The notes under the pieces are model-generated. The model saw only the letters and a program-made list of their open reading frames with translations, was not told the DNA's origin and made no database searches. Position numbers and translations under genes: made by a program. Shown here piece after piece: positions 10,701-25,050 of a stretch of 64,000 nucleotides of DNA. Origin of the DNA: an uncultured Pseudomonadota bacterium (GTDB lineage Bacteria > Oederibacteriota > Muellerivitia > Muellerivitales > Muellerivitaceae); the NCBI GenBank assembly GCA_963843375.1, contig CAWJKT010000015.1, forward strand, positions 102,396-166,395, in the 5' to 3' direction. Every line of letters begins with the position of its first letter. The stretch's first letter is position 1.

Positions 10701-13700
10701 CTACGGGGGAGAAACCTACGCCAATACCCAGCAGGCGAACGACGCGGTCGCTGTTCTCCAATTTCCCTATACGAATTTAACCAACCAGAAGTGGGCCGGT
10801 CTGAGGTCGGTCATTTCCGCCAATGGAACCGATTATTCGAACGTCACCTTTTTGCAATCTTGGATTTATAACGACGGCAATCCGAAATGGGTCATGGTGG
10901 ATTTTGGGGTGATTAATGAGGATTCAAATGGTAATGGGGTGTTGGATTTTGATCCGGGAATGACGGCGGTTCCGCAAGTTGCGGCTAATCCGAATTATGG
11001 AATTCCCACATTTTATTTTCAGGGTAACCCTTGGACCGGAAGCGATACAACGCCATTCGCTTCTCTTTTTGGGGGTGAGACCACTTCACAAGAGGGAGTC
11101 AGCGTTGGAAACGGCACCAGTTATGTGACGGAAAACATGGATGGCACTGGAATATTAAACACCAGCGATGCTTACTATGAATATGGTTTCCAAGTCAATT
11201 GGACAGGTTGGAAACAAGTAAAGGTACCTGTGAGTTACACCTCGGCAGACAATATGACCACCACTCCGGACGGGACCACTTATTTTTTCCATACGCAGGG
11301 CTCTGCCAATCCGACCATTATCCGATCGGTGAGGGTTTGGACCACGGGGGAAAGTTCAACCCCGATCAGCGGCGATTTTTACATGCAAAATATCAGTTTC
11401 AGCCACAACCTTTGGGTGTTGTCCGTGGACCCGACGGTAAATGCAAATGAGGGCATCACCGTTAATACCTCGAAGTTCGACGTGAATTCCATCAGCCAGA
11501 ACCAGAATTCGAATTACGTACCCACTTTGCGTTTCATTACCGTTCAGGCGGGTCAGGACCAATCGGCCCTTCTATACCAGGAAAAATCTTTGGAGCTCAC
11601 TTATAACCTATCCAATGCGGATATTTATAACGGCCTTCCCGCTTATTACGCCACCCGGAGTTTCAATCCGGGGCTGGATTTCACCAATTACGATGATATC
11701 CGGATGGATCTTTACATGCTTTCTTACCAGCCCGGGGAAGTCCTCTTCGTCAGGATCGGGAACGACCAAGCGGACTATTACCAATACAACATACAATTGG
11801 ATGCTGCGGCCGTCAGTTGTTTGGACAATTGGGGGACCGTTGACCTGCCTATAAATGGTTCGGGAGGAAACCGGCTACAGGTGGGAACACCTTACATTAA
11901 CCGCGCCACCCAAGTCAGCTTTGGTATTCTTTCACCAAACGCCCCCGCGGCGGGGCACACGGGGGATCTTTGGATCAACAACCTCAGGGTCGCTAATGCC
12001 AACGTGCGAAGCGGTGTTGCCAGGCGTGTTGATGCGGCTTTTGTTTTTGGAAAAAACTTTGCCACCATCAATACCCGTTATCGGGAAGTGGACTCGGGTT
12101 TCACCGAAATCGACCAAACCTCCACCCACTTCCAGCATTCCACCCAATGGGGCGCGGATTTTACATCAAGCGGCGTAACCCTATTTTCCCAACCTTTGGT
12201 CACCCAAGCCTCGCTCACCAGGCAGGACCTCTATACCGAGGCCGCCTTACTGGACAACCCTTACTATATTAATCTTCCGGATAGCCTTATTGACAATTTC
12301 ACCGGAAGCATCAGTTACACCAAAGATCTCGGCCCCAGTTTAGGGAGATTGACCGCCGTGCGTCTTTCCGGAAGCACCAACTATGAGACGGATGTCTATG
12401 AGGAAGCCTATCTCAGCCAGCCAGGTGTGCAGGGCAATACACAAAAGGGAGAGGCAATCGAAACCTTGGCCTCCACCTATGACGCTCCGAAAAAATTATT
12501 TTTTATCTCCTTGGGTGCGAACCAATTCACGGAAAGCTACAGTTTAACCCACGATACCCAGGAATTTGATAACACCTCCTTTGCTCCTTATGACCGGCTT
12601 ACCCGGTCTCAAAATTATTCATGGACGAACACCACGGAATTGTTGAAAAATCTCGTCTTTACCCCCGGTTATACTTTGACCTTGGTGGACGCGACGGGAA
12701 ATACCAATTCACCCGGCGTTCCCGGCAGTGTTCTCGGGCTATACCCCTTTCAATCAGCGGTACCAGCCCAAGTTGGGTTTGGTTTATCGGGGCATACCGG
12801 GAATGATTCCCGCGGTGGATTTTACCGGTAGCAACCAGTACGATTATGTTTCCTATCCGGACGGAACCCGGTTCAACAACGCCAATAACCTGAATTATTC
12901 CCTCAACCTGACGCCGGGCAGCTGGTTTTCCTTGTTCCAGAAAATGAACCTGACGATATTTGGCGGGATCACCGAAAGCGGTACAGCCGCTATTCCGGAT
13001 ATTGCCAGGATCAGCACCCCTGAATTTTCGGCATCGATGGTCTGACCAGCCCTGTATTGCCCCTCAATGGTTTTAACCCTTTTGACTTGCCTTAACCGGC
13101 AACCAGTCCATAGCCCATCAATTGAACGCCAGTTTCCGGCTTTTCGACGTCTGGGATTTCCGGCCTACGGGTTCCTGGACCGACCAGTTAAGTCTTTTGT
13201 CCCAGGGCACCTACCCCGTCAAACAGGATGGAGAAACACTTGGGGTTGACGACCATTTACAACAAAAAGATATTTACCCTTCCTTTCGTGAATTTCTCAC
13301 TTAACTCCGCCCAATTTCAATATACCCATACGGGCACCATCCAATACGACAGCTCGGTTGCACCCGTTTCGCTGACATCGCTAATATTTCCAACGATACC
13401 ACGAGCGATACCTATGGGATCACCTTGCCTTATGACATCAATAAAAAAGCCCAGGGCACCATCAAATTCCAACGCACCGTCGGTTACTCAGGATGGATTG
13501 TCCACCACCGATATTCCCACTTATCAATTGGATGACCAGGCTTCCATCGAATATGACCAGAAATTCGCGCCCAATGGAATCATCCATATTCCTTTCACTC
13601 ATTTGAAGATCAAACTTCAGGACGCCATCGAATTACAAGCGATCTTCCTCATGGAGTTAATCAATAACCAATCGACCTACATTTACAACAAGTCCAATCC

Positions 13701-13855
13701 CAAAGGTACCGTGCTACAATTAATCTCAATTATAACGCCCTCAAGAATTTACGAGTCGGAATCGGCTTGGTGAATGAGTATTTCACAAATGACCTAAATT
13801 CCCAGTTGAGTTATACCTTGTGGCAGGTGACGTTTCCGCGGAAGCGCGGTTTTGA
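7785..13855 (+). CDS. sprA: SprA/Sov-like giant outer-membrane beta-barrel (T9SS translocon homologue), split by indels
   Basis: Signal peptide; LQGKVGKNVDVNVDY, IQEVDFGDLQLVLP..LFGL, GSESVYLDGRKLQRDVDYTFDYTSG, MVDNMEG, DFGVINED, TENMDGTGILNTSDAYYEY, GDLWINNLRV in SprA order; ends VSAEARF* at 13855; pieces 7785-10619, 10561-12831, 12728-13045, 13122-13304, 13228-13773. Confidence 0.8.
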
Positions 13856-13972
13856 GGATTGTGGCCGTTAAAATGATCGGAGCTATTTTGAGATCACCTT
13901 GAGACTTCTCCATCTTGTGGCGTTAAAATTCATTATGAAGATGCGTTATTAAAGAGGCGAGGAGACACTGAT

Positions 13973-16900
13973 TTGAAAGTTAGTTTTTTTAGGCGACAAG
14001 CATGGATGTTTTCGATGTTCTTGCTCATCTTCATCCAATCGGTTCCGTGCCCGTATCGGCTCAGGCCCCAGCGCCTAGCGGTTTAAGTGTTTTGCCGCCT
14101 TATGACGGTCAGGTGAACCTGGCAATGGACACCGGATATTTCCGAAACCCCAGCTGAAACGGCTTACGCGGTTTCCCGGGAATTGGTGAATTTGACCTGC
14201 TACCCCGACCCCCACATCCACCGGACCCATCACACCAATCCTTACTTGTACACCCTATTGCGACAGTACTTTTATCTGCTATGCCTTCATCGCGGGAACT
14301 CCTGTTTACCAGGATTTCCAGGTTACCAACGGCCGTTTTTACCTTTACCAAGTGCAGGGAATGGACGTAAATGGCCCAGGGACCGCGGCGCTGTGACTAT
14401 GGCACCCTTATCTTGCCCCCGCAGCCGTCCAACCTGTGAGCGTCTTGAACATCCACTCAAACGCCTTGGATCTTTTTTGGGGAGTACCAGTTTCCAGTTT
14501 TCCTGTTTCTTTTTACCAGGTATACCGGTACGAATATATTGCCACAACAGCCATGCCGACGCCCACATTCACCAACAGTCCCACGATAACACCAACTATA
14601 ACTTCGACCCCTACTGGAACATGGAACACCTCAACGGCAACTTCCACTCCGACGCCCTTTACACCTACTCCCACAGCAACCACCGCATTTTCCACAACAC
14701 CTCCCGTTTCCGTGGCCACGATTTTAACTAACGCGACTCCAGTAGCGACCGTCTTCGGAACGACCTACAGTGACCTATTTTCCTACCCCCACCGGAGCAG
14801 AGGCCTACTATTACGTTGTAATGGCGGTTGATAGCGACACACCAGGAAATTTAAGCGCCCAGCCGACGCTTCCTTCCAATCCTGCATTGCCTCAAAACAT
14901 GGCGCCGCCGGGCCCCGATAGCCTTACGGGAGCTACTCTCCACCACTTCCTATGGGGTAAGTCTTTCCTGGACGGGATCGTTGTCATCGGAGCAGGTAAC
15001 GGCTTATCAGGTTTTGCAGAACGGTGTAACTTTGGCGACGATTCCATATTCAAATTTGGCACCGTAACCTATTTTGACAATACGGTTCCGGGGACAGGTT
15101 TACCGGTTACTTATATAGTACAAGCGACAAACAACTTTGGGACGACGCCTTCCAATTCTATCTTTGTAACCGTCGTGGAGTGCAATGAAGGGAGGGATTC
15201 AAGTAACCCCTAACGCGACCACGAACTGCCGTGACCATAACCTGGCAACCGGCCACGGCCGGAATTTATGGATTGGGGGTTATCAGGTTTATAAGAGCCT
15301 ATATGGGGTACCGACCGCCAATTCAACCCCACGTTTCGGGGGAGACTGCGACTCCGACGCCTTTTTATGCCGTCACCTTTAACCCCACAGTTGGTTTTAC
15401 GATCACTCCCGTAATTGATTCACCGATAATAAACCATATGAATTATTGGGTCCAACCGATGGATTCGAGCGGGCACGGAGGAGTGGTGGGAGTGGCTTTT
15501 CCGCCCGCTTTGAACTTGGCGCCAACGCCACCCTCCAATGTGGGTGCCGCAGCTCCCGTGGGAAATGATCAGATTGCTGTTTCCTGGACGGCGGGTGCTC
15601 CTGGATTTTATGGGTCCACGCAGAATAACGTGATATTTCGGTTGAACTTTACCACGCCAACTCCAACTCCCCGATTTATCGCCAAGGTGCCAGCCAGCCA
15701 GCTTAGCTATAATGACATTGCCCCAGAATTGACGCCAGGCACTCTCATCGGCTATCAAGTCGAGCTGTCCGACGCGTTAGGAAACACCTCCGATGCGTCC
15801 CTTTCGTCCAATGGAGTTAATACTTCCGCATTAACGAATCCTCCGGCCACACCCCGGGTATTACCCTTTACAGGAACTGTCAACTCAATTGTCTTTTCTT
15901 GGGCCAATAATCCCCGAGCCGATTGCGTGACCAATTACCAGGTTTATGGTTTCGATTGGCTTACTCCGGTACCCCTTACTCCGACACCCGTTTTGGTTGT
16001 GCCGGTTACAGGTTCTCCCACCTTCGTTTTTACTTTTGCTCCTACACCAACCCCCTGGGCCCCCAATGATTATTATCTTGTTGCTCAAAATAGCATTGGC
16101 AATAGCCAGCCAGCGACCATGAATGGTATCCCGGTGCCAACCTACAATGTCACGGCCGTAATTCCAACTGGAACCCAGCAAGTTTCGGTCAGTTGGAACC
16201 TGGTTCCGGCGCTAACGGTCACTCCTGTAATTGATTCTTATGGAGTCTACCGATCCCTGACACCGGACGCGAAATTTACATCCATTGCGACTGTTCCAAT
16301 TTCAAGCACTAGTTATTTGGATGTACCTCCCATCGCCACTGCTGGGGTAACTTATTATTATCGGATCACAGCAAGGTCGGGCCAGTCGGCGGAAAGTCCA
16401 ATTCTTTTCCCAACGATGACGCCCGATCCACAAGCAAGCCTGTTGATTTGGCCCAATGCGCCTTCGGGAGTAACGGCCTTGTCATCCTCGTATAATCAAA
16501 CGACTCTTTATTGGGCGGGGAACGCCAGCCAGGAAGGGGTGACGGGTTATTCAATTTATCTGGACGGATCACCAACACCGGTTGCCACAGTTGCGGCGTA
16601 TTTAAGTCCTTCCCCAACTGTTTCTTATATTGCCCAGGAAACCCCAGGAAATCTTTCTTATTACAGTGTCCAGGCCAATAATCCCTCAGGGGGCAGTAAT
16701 TTATCCCAATCGGTAAGTGTCTTGGTGCCTCCTGCCATAACGCCCGGCATAAACTTAACACCGCCGCTTTACGTGTCCCCAACTCCCAACCAAACTCCTG
16801 CATTTTCACCAGGGGTTTGGATTACGGGTATGAACTATTTCCCTTCGATGACCCCCACATGGGTTACGGGTTATTCCATTTACAGATTAAGCGTTCCTAC

Positions 16901-18644
16901 CCCCAGCACCACACCCACGTTTGTTTCGGTGGGTTCAGTCGCGGCTCCCGTTTCCTATTTTGAGGACACCGGTTTTGTTCCCGGATATGTAAATTATTAT
17001 CAAGTCGTGGCAAGTAACACGGGATTAGGGATCAGCGCAAATCCGGCTGTTTCGGCCCAATTAGGGGTCACCCTTTGGCCCGAACCACCCAATTTTACAT
17101 TTACAGGGAACGCCACATCGGTAACCCTGTCCTTTGCCACCCCAACGGGCAATAACGTTGCGATATCGGGGTATGACATCTACCGCAGCCTTTATCCAAC
17201 CACTACTCCCAACCCAACCCCTTATGCTCAAATCACTCCGCCCATTTCGACTTATTCGGATTCGGGAGTCAGCACGGGGACGGCTTATATTTATTGGATG
17301 GATGCTCAAAACTCCCAGGGGAATAGCGGTTATTCCGCGCCACAAAGTTTTATTCCTGTTCCGGTGCCGACCCTGTACCTGACTCCGCTTCCTGAACGAA
17401 ATCAGCTTTTTTGGGCTCCCATAACGGTGGCAACGGCAAGTCCCGTGACCGGATATGCCGTTTACCGTGCGGCCGTTCCGACACCAAGCTTGACACCGAA
17501 TTTCGCTCAAATAGGCTCGATCGTGGAGCCTATTTCTAATACTAATTATGTTGATACGACTGTCACCGATGGGGTTTCTTATATTTACGAGATCGCCCCC
17601 AGTTCACAAAATAATATGCTTGGTCCCTTTTCAAATACCGTTACCCAATATGTTTATCCCCAACCGGTGACCAACTTCATCGCCGTTTCGGGGGATGATT
17701 TGGTCCAACTGCGGTGGGCTTACCAGGGAATCGCCAGCAATACGGTTTACATCCAGCGGAAGTTGGGGCCGGCCCCTGGATCTACTTTCCAAACCATCAC
17801 AACTGGATATCAGGGCGTGAATTTCACGGATACAGGTGTTGTCGACAAAAACTTTTATATTTACCATATTTATTCCGTGGATGCCCTGGGACTGACCTCA
17901 ACTTCTTATGCGTCGGCTATTGCTTTGCCGGCAAAGCCACCAATACTCCAAATTCCCTCGGGTGCGACCGGGCCGCCAGTGACATTGACCCAGAACGCAA
18001 GCAACGCGCAAACTTTGATTGGAAATACACTCTCCTGGGGAGGGGCCGATCTAACGGGCTTCGACCCGACCACCATGTATCCATTGGGGGGATACTCTAT
18101 TTCAAGGTCATCGGATGGTGGAGGGGTTTATCAAAACATTGCCATCGTTCCGGTTACTTTTGTGAACGGACTCCCCACGGCTGCCGCAAATTACTTCGAT
18201 CAGGTTCCTTTGATCAATGGTTCGGCTTATACTTATTTAGTCCAAGCCTTTGACAATCCTCCTAACCTTCCGGTAGGGTTTTCCGAAGCCGTGACGGAGG
18301 GGTTGGTCCACCTCAGTACTTACAATCCAGTGACGGGTTTCCCCATTAGTCCCAATACAGCGTTGGACCGAAACGCAATCCATCCCACAATCGCTAATGA
18401 AAATTCCGTAAATATCCGTTTTATAGTCACCACTCCTGGCAACGTGACGATCAAGGTCTACACCTTGGACGGGACTTTCGTTATGCAACTAGTGAATCAG
18501 TATTATTCCCAGCCAGGTATTTTTTGGACAAATTGGAACGCCCACAATATGTTCGGAAACCTTGTGGCGTCAGGGGTTTATCTCATTACCACGGAATCTC
18601 CAGGTGGGCATCAGGAATTTGAAAAAGTAGCGGTTATCAAATAA
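13973..18644 (+). CDS. Large secreted fibronectin type III repeat, Pro/Thr-rich protein with C-terminal FlgD-Ig/T9SS-like domain (5' third split by indels)
   Basis: GAGGAG RBS, TTG at 13973, hydrophobic signal, repeated Fn3 motifs (VSW..YxVYR..YxD..YYY); ends IKVYTLDG..WNAHNMFGNLVASGVYLI..KVAVIK*. Confidence 0.8.
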
Positions 18645-18855
18645 TCGTAAAATAAGCGATGATTGTTCAACGGGTTATTCCTTCATTTGGAACTGGCATG
18701 GAGGCTTTGATTCCCACTGCCTTAAGCACCAACCGGAAACTTTACAAAGCCGGGTTCATCGGGTTTGGTGCCATTGTTTCTAGCCGAACGCCACGGCATT
18801 TCAGTAATTCGTTATGTTGAATTCTCAATCTCGAATTATATTTGCCCTTATGTGA

Positions 18856-19933
<1,078 letters not shown>

Positions 19934-19951
19934 AGCCTTTCTGGGGGGAAT

Positions 19952-20377
19952 ATGCATCCAGTAGTTTGGTGGATAGCGACGGCGGTTGTTTTTTTTATTC
20001 TGGAATTAACAACCGCTTCTTTTTTCTTCCTTTGGATTGGCGCTGGTGCCGTTGTAACAGCCCTCTTGAGTCTCTTTGTCTCCACGGCCTGGATTGAATA
20101 TGCGACCTTTGCTGTATCTTCCATTCTCTTGGTTATCTCAAGCCGCCGCTGGGCCCCCCGTTTTTCTGGAAAAATTCAGCGTCTCTCCAATATCGACGCC
20201 TTAATCGGCCAAAAAGCCATCGTAACCAAAGTCGATGACCATAATTTGCTCATGGGTTACGCGAAAGTAGACGGGGAAATTTGGAAAGCAGAATCCGAAG
20301 ATCAGGGGCCCTTGAAAGTTGATGCGAAAGTAAGTGTTGTTGCTGTGAAAGGAAATGTTTTAGTCGTTAAAATTTAG
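19952..20377 (+). CDS. NfeD-family (NfeD2/YbbJ-like) membrane protein
   Basis: Hydrophobic N-half, LIGQKAIV..G.AKVDGEIWKA OB-fold; next to an SPFH gene. Confidence 0.88.
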   Translation: MHPVVWWIATAVVFFILELTTASFFFLWIGAGAVVTALLSLFVSTAWIEYATFAVSSILLVISSRRWAPRFSGKIQRLSNIDALIGQKAIVTKVDDHNLLMGYAKVDGEIWKAESEDQGPLKVDAKVSVVAVKGNVLVVKI

Positions 20378-20401
20378 CGATCATTTGAAAGGAGTTCTTC
20401 C

Positions 20402-21328
20402 ATGGATTTCATCGCGGGCCCGGCCCTATTTGTTCTCGCTGTTTTGGCCTTGATCTACGCTTTTCGCGCCATCCGAATTGTCAGGCAATATGAAAAGGGG
20501 TTGATCGAAAGGTTTGGAAAATATACCCGTACCGCCGATTCGGGTCTTACGATCCTAATACCACCTTTTGAGAAAATGAAGAAAGTGGACATGCGGGAGC
20601 AATTCATTAGTGTTCCGCCCCAGGAAGTCATCACAAAGGATAATGTGGTGGTGACTGTTGACGCGATCATTTATTTCCACGTAACGGACCCTTTTAAGGT
20701 CGCTTACAACGTGCTTTATTTCGAACAATCGGCCATGAAATTGGCTCAAACCAATCTTCGCAATACTATTGGGGAATTGGCATTAGATGAAACCTTGAAC
20801 AGCCGTGAGCGGATCAACACCCAGCTCAGGGAGGTGTTGGATGAGGTGACGGATAAGTGGGGTGTAAAGGTGACCCGGGTGGAAATCCAGAAAATCGATC
20901 CTCCGGCGGATATTGTCAATGCCATGAGTGCCCAAATGAAAGCAGAACGGACTAAACGAGCCGCCATTATTGAGGCGGAGGGTGTCAAACAGGCCGCTAT
21001 TACGCGCGCTGAAGGTGATAAGCAATCGGCCATCTTGAAAGCTGAAGGTGAAGCCGGAGCCATTCAAAACGTGGCTACGGCTAATAAATTTCAGAAGATT
21101 GCCTTGGCCGAAGGAGACAGTCAAGCCATATTGACCGTGTTCAAGGCCATTCACGACGGCAACCCAACCCAGGATCTTTTGGCCTTGAAATATATGGAGA
21201 TGCTGGGCAACGTTGCGAATGGACAGGCCACCAAAATTTTCCTGCCTTTGGAGGCTTCCGGAACCTTGGGCGCCCTCAGCACGATCGCCGAAGCCTTTAA
21301 GACAGACCTAAAACCAAAATCCAAATAA
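20402..21328 (+). CDS. SPFH/band 7 (stomatin, QmcA-like) protein
   Basis: [38 protein letters not shown]. Confidence 0.93.
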   Translation: MDFIAGPALFVLAVLALIYAFRAIRIVRQYEKGLIERFGKYTRTADSGLTILIPPFEKMKKVDMREQFISVPPQEVITKDNVVVTVDAIIYFHVTDPFKVAYNVLYFEQSAMKLAQTNLRNTIGELALDETLNSRERINTQLREVLDEVTDKWGVKVTRVEIQKIDPPADIVNAMSAQMKAERTKRAAIIEAEGVKQAAITRAEGDKQSAILKAEGEAGAIQNVATANKFQKIALAEGDSQAILTVFKAIHDGNPTQDLLALKYMEMLGNVANGQATKIFLPLEASGTLGALSTIAEAFKTDLKPKSK

Positions 21329-21366
21329 GCGTAATTTTAAACCAGCCAGTTCAGAAAGGAATGGGA

Positions 21367-22572
21367 ATGGCTTCTTACAATAAATTGACAGTTGAGGACT
21401 TAAATCCGTCTGGAAAAAGGGTTTTAGTTCGTGTTGACTTCAACGTGCCTTTGGATGAGAACTTGAAAATTACAGACGATACCCGTATCAGGGAATCATT
21501 GAAAACAATTCAATATTTGTCTGACAAAGGGGCAAAGGTCATTCTTTGCTCCCATTTAGGAAGGCCGAAAGGAATCGATGAAAAACTTCGCTTGAAACCT
21601 GTGGCCGATCGCCTCTCGGAATTATTAAAGAAGCCAGTGAAGGGCTTGCGGGAATCAGTCGGGCTGGAAGTTGAAAAGGAAGTTTCTTCCATGAAGAATG
21701 GCGATATTCTTCTCCTCGAAAATGTCCGCTTTCACGCCGAGGAAGAGAAAAACAATCCCGAGTTCGCAAAGAAACTTGCGGTCTTAGCCGATATTTATGT
21801 CAATGACGCTTTCGGAACAGCCCATCGGGCTCACGCCTCGACGGAGGGTGTTACTAGGTTTGTTTCCCAATCGGCTGCGGGGTTTTTGATGATGAAGGAA
21901 ATAAAATACATGGGTGGGGCCTTGTCGAATCCTGCCCGACCTTTTGTTTCCATTATTGGTGGGTCCAAGATTTCGTCCAAGATCGACGTCATTAAAAATC
22001 TCATGAAAATAGTGGACGTGCTCATTATCGGTGGCGGCATGTCCTATACCTTTTTGAAAGCCCGAAAATTTGAGATAGGTAAGTCCTTGGTGGAAAACGA
22101 TAAATTGGATTTGGCCAAGGAGTTACTTAGTCAATCAATAGACACGGATGTTCCTCTGCTCTTACCTATTGACCATGTCATTGCAGATAAGTTTGATGCC
22201 AAAGCTAACGTGAAACTCGTCCCGCGAGGTGGAATCCTTCCAGACTGGGAAGGGGTCGATATCGGTCCCGCCACTGTTGAAAAATATGCTAATTTTATTC
22301 AGACCGCTAAAACCCTTTTTTGGAACGGACCTGTGGGTGTTTTTGAAATGGAACCTTTTGCCAAAGGAACATTTGCCATTGCTAAATTGTTGGCCGAGGC
22401 TTCAGAAAGGGGAGCCATAACGATTGTGGGTGGAGGTGATTCTGTTGCCGCCGTAACCCAAATGGGGTTGGCTTCAAAGATGTCCCATATTTCAACCGGG
22501 GGCGGAGCATCTTTGGAATTCATGGAAGGAAAAGAACTTCCAGGGATTGTGGCCCTGACGGACAAAAAATAA
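21367..22572 (+). CDS. pgk: Phosphoglycerate kinase
   Basis: [37 protein letters not shown]. Confidence 0.98.
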   Translation: MASYNKLTVEDLNPSGKRVLVRVDFNVPLDENLKITDDTRIRESLKTIQYLSDKGAKVILCSHLGRPKGIDEKLRLKPVADRLSELLKKPVKGLRESVGLEVEKEVSSMKNGDILLLENVRFHAEEEKNNPEFAKKLAVLADIYVNDAFGTAHRAHASTEGVTRFVSQSAAGFLMMKEIKYMGGALSNPARPFVSIIGGSKISSKIDVIKNLMKIVDVLIIGGGMSYTFLKARKFEIGKSLVENDKLDLAKELLSQSIDTDVPLLLPIDHVIADKFDAKANVKLVPRGGILPDWEGVDIGPATVEKYANFIQTAKTLFWNGPVGVFEMEPFAKGTFAIAKLLAEASERGAITIVGGGDSVAAVTQMGLASKMSHISTGGGASLEFMEGKELPGIVALTDKK

Positions 22573-22591
22573 ATAAAAAGGATTTTATAAA

Positions 22592-23345
<754 letters not shown>

Positions 23346-23437
23346 GTGGAAACCAATTGAGGTTTCAAAGATTTATTGGCATATTGGGGTTGGTTTCATT
23401 TAAAATAAACGAAATTTGAAAAGGTTAAAGGAGTTAC

Positions 23438-23842
23438 ATGAGCTTCTTCGTCACGCTTCTTTTCGTTTTGACAGCCATATTTTTGGTGGGAGTGGTTTTG
23501 ATTCAACAGCCCAAAACAGCGGGAGGATTGTTTTCCGGAACGGGGCAAAGCCTTTTAGGAACCAGCGGTAAATCTTTTTGGACTAAATTCACCACTATTT
23601 TGGCTGGTTTTTTTATGGCGCTTTGCTTGTTGATGGCGAATTTGCCAAGATTTCAACAGCCGAAAAGTTCGGTTACGGACATCATTGAAAAGCAACAACA
23701 ACAAGCTGCGCCAGCACCCGCGCCGGTAGGATCTTCTGCAGTTCCATCAGGCTCGAATTCTAAAGTTCCATCTAATCCCGCACCACAAAGTGTCCCAGGT
23801 GTTTCAAAAAATGTTGAGCCAATTTCTGGGAGTACAAAATAA
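23438..23842 (+). CDS. secG: Preprotein translocase subunit SecG
   Basis: Two TM helices, VLIQQPK..GL; follows tpiA. Confidence 0.88.
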   Translation: MSFFVTLLFVLTAIFLVGVVLIQQPKTAGGLFSGTGQSLLGTSGKSFWTKFTTILAGFFMALCLLMANLPRFQQPKSSVTDIIEKQQQQAAPAPAPVGSSAVPSGSNSKVPSNPAPQSVPGVSKNVEPISGSTK

Positions 23843-23889
23843 TTTCTTTTCAGACAAATAAATTAAATTGAGAAGGGCATGAAAACGAT

Positions 23890-24960
23890 ATGATAAGTGG
23901 AAGTAAATCTCGGGCGACTCTTAAACAAATAGCAAAGTTTTGCGGTGTTTCTCACACCACGGTTTCAATGGTCATTAACCAAAATCCCAGAATCTCAGCG
24001 GAGACTCGGGAGAAGGTTATGGCGGCAATCAAGAAATTTAATTATTACCCCAATGTGGCCGCTCGCAGCCTCGTGATGTCCCGAACCAATACCATCGGAA
24101 TTTTTGGGACCATGTTTGATTCTCCGTATTACAACGAGATCATCCGCGGTATTGAGATGGAATGCCGGCATGCCAACGTAGATTTGAAAATTTACAACTG
24201 CAATGGAAGCTTGGAAGATTTTAACGATTTCTATGATCGAATTTTGGGGGAAAGGCGTATTGATGGGGTTATCGCCTTATCCGTTCCGATGGAAGATGCG
24301 GTACTTGAACGGTTTCAAACGGAGGAACTTCCTCTAATCATTCTCCAACCGGTTTCTATTGAAGGACCGAACCATCTTTTAGAAAAAATCCCAACATTAC
24401 ATGCGGAAGACCGAAAGGGAATTTACAAAGCGGTCAATTACCTTATTTCACTTGGACACAAAAAAATCGGTTTTGTTAATGGCCCGGAGCATCTCAAAAT
24501 TTGTCAAGACCGATTGGCGGGTTATCGTGACGCTCTTCGGGACAACAACATCCCGTATCAGGAAAATCAGGTGGGATATTCCCATGTGAAACCCGACGCC
24601 TTTACAATGGATGCCGGTTACCAAGTTGCGAAGGAATTAATGGAAGGGTTTCCAGACTTAACCGCGATTTGCTGCGTTTCGGACACCATGGCCATTGGAG
24701 TGATCAAGGCAGTTCGTCACCGGGGTAAGTCAGTTCCAGAGGACATGTCGATCGTGGGATTTGATGATACCTATGTCGCCCGGTTGGCTGATCCCTCTTT
24801 GACCACACTTCATCAACCACTGCTCGAGATGGGAAAGGCTTCCGTGTCCTTAGCGCATGCCTTTTTGAACAAGAAACCTATTGAATATCTCCATCGAGGG
24901 TTTGATGTGGAATTAATTATTCGCGAATCCACTGGAAAGCCACGAAAATCCCCGAAATAA
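23890..24960 (+). CDS. LacI-family transcriptional regulator
   Basis: TLKQIAKFCGVSHTTVS HTH, YYPNVAARSL, VPEDMSIVGFDD. Confidence 0.95.
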   Translation: MISGSKSRATLKQIAKFCGVSHTTVSMVINQNPRISAETREKVMAAIKKFNYYPNVAARSLVMSRTNTIGIFGTMFDSPYYNEIIRGIEMECRHANVDLKIYNCNGSLEDFNDFYDRILGERRIDGVIALSVPMEDAVLERFQTEELPLIILQPVSIEGPNHLLEKIPTLHAEDRKGIYKAVNYLISLGHKKIGFVNGPEHLKICQDRLAGYRDALRDNNIPYQENQVGYSHVKPDAFTMDAGYQVAKELMEGFPDLTAICCVSDTMAIGVIKAVRHRGKSVPEDMSIVGFDDTYVARLADPSLTTLHQPLLEMGKASVSLAHAFLNKKPIEYLHRGFDVELIIRESTGKPRKSPK

Positions 24961-25035
24961 AATTGAATTGAAACTCGTTTTTTTGAAACTTGGATTCCGT
25001 TATTCAATGCCTTTTGGAAATCCTTTTTACCAACC

Positions 25036-25044
25036 TGTTATAAT
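25036..25044 (+). promoter_or_regulatory. Extended -10 promoter of lnt (predicted leaderless)
   Basis: TG-T-TATAAT; predicted +1 is the ATG at 25051. Confidence 0.6.
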
Positions 25045-25050
25045 ATTTCG

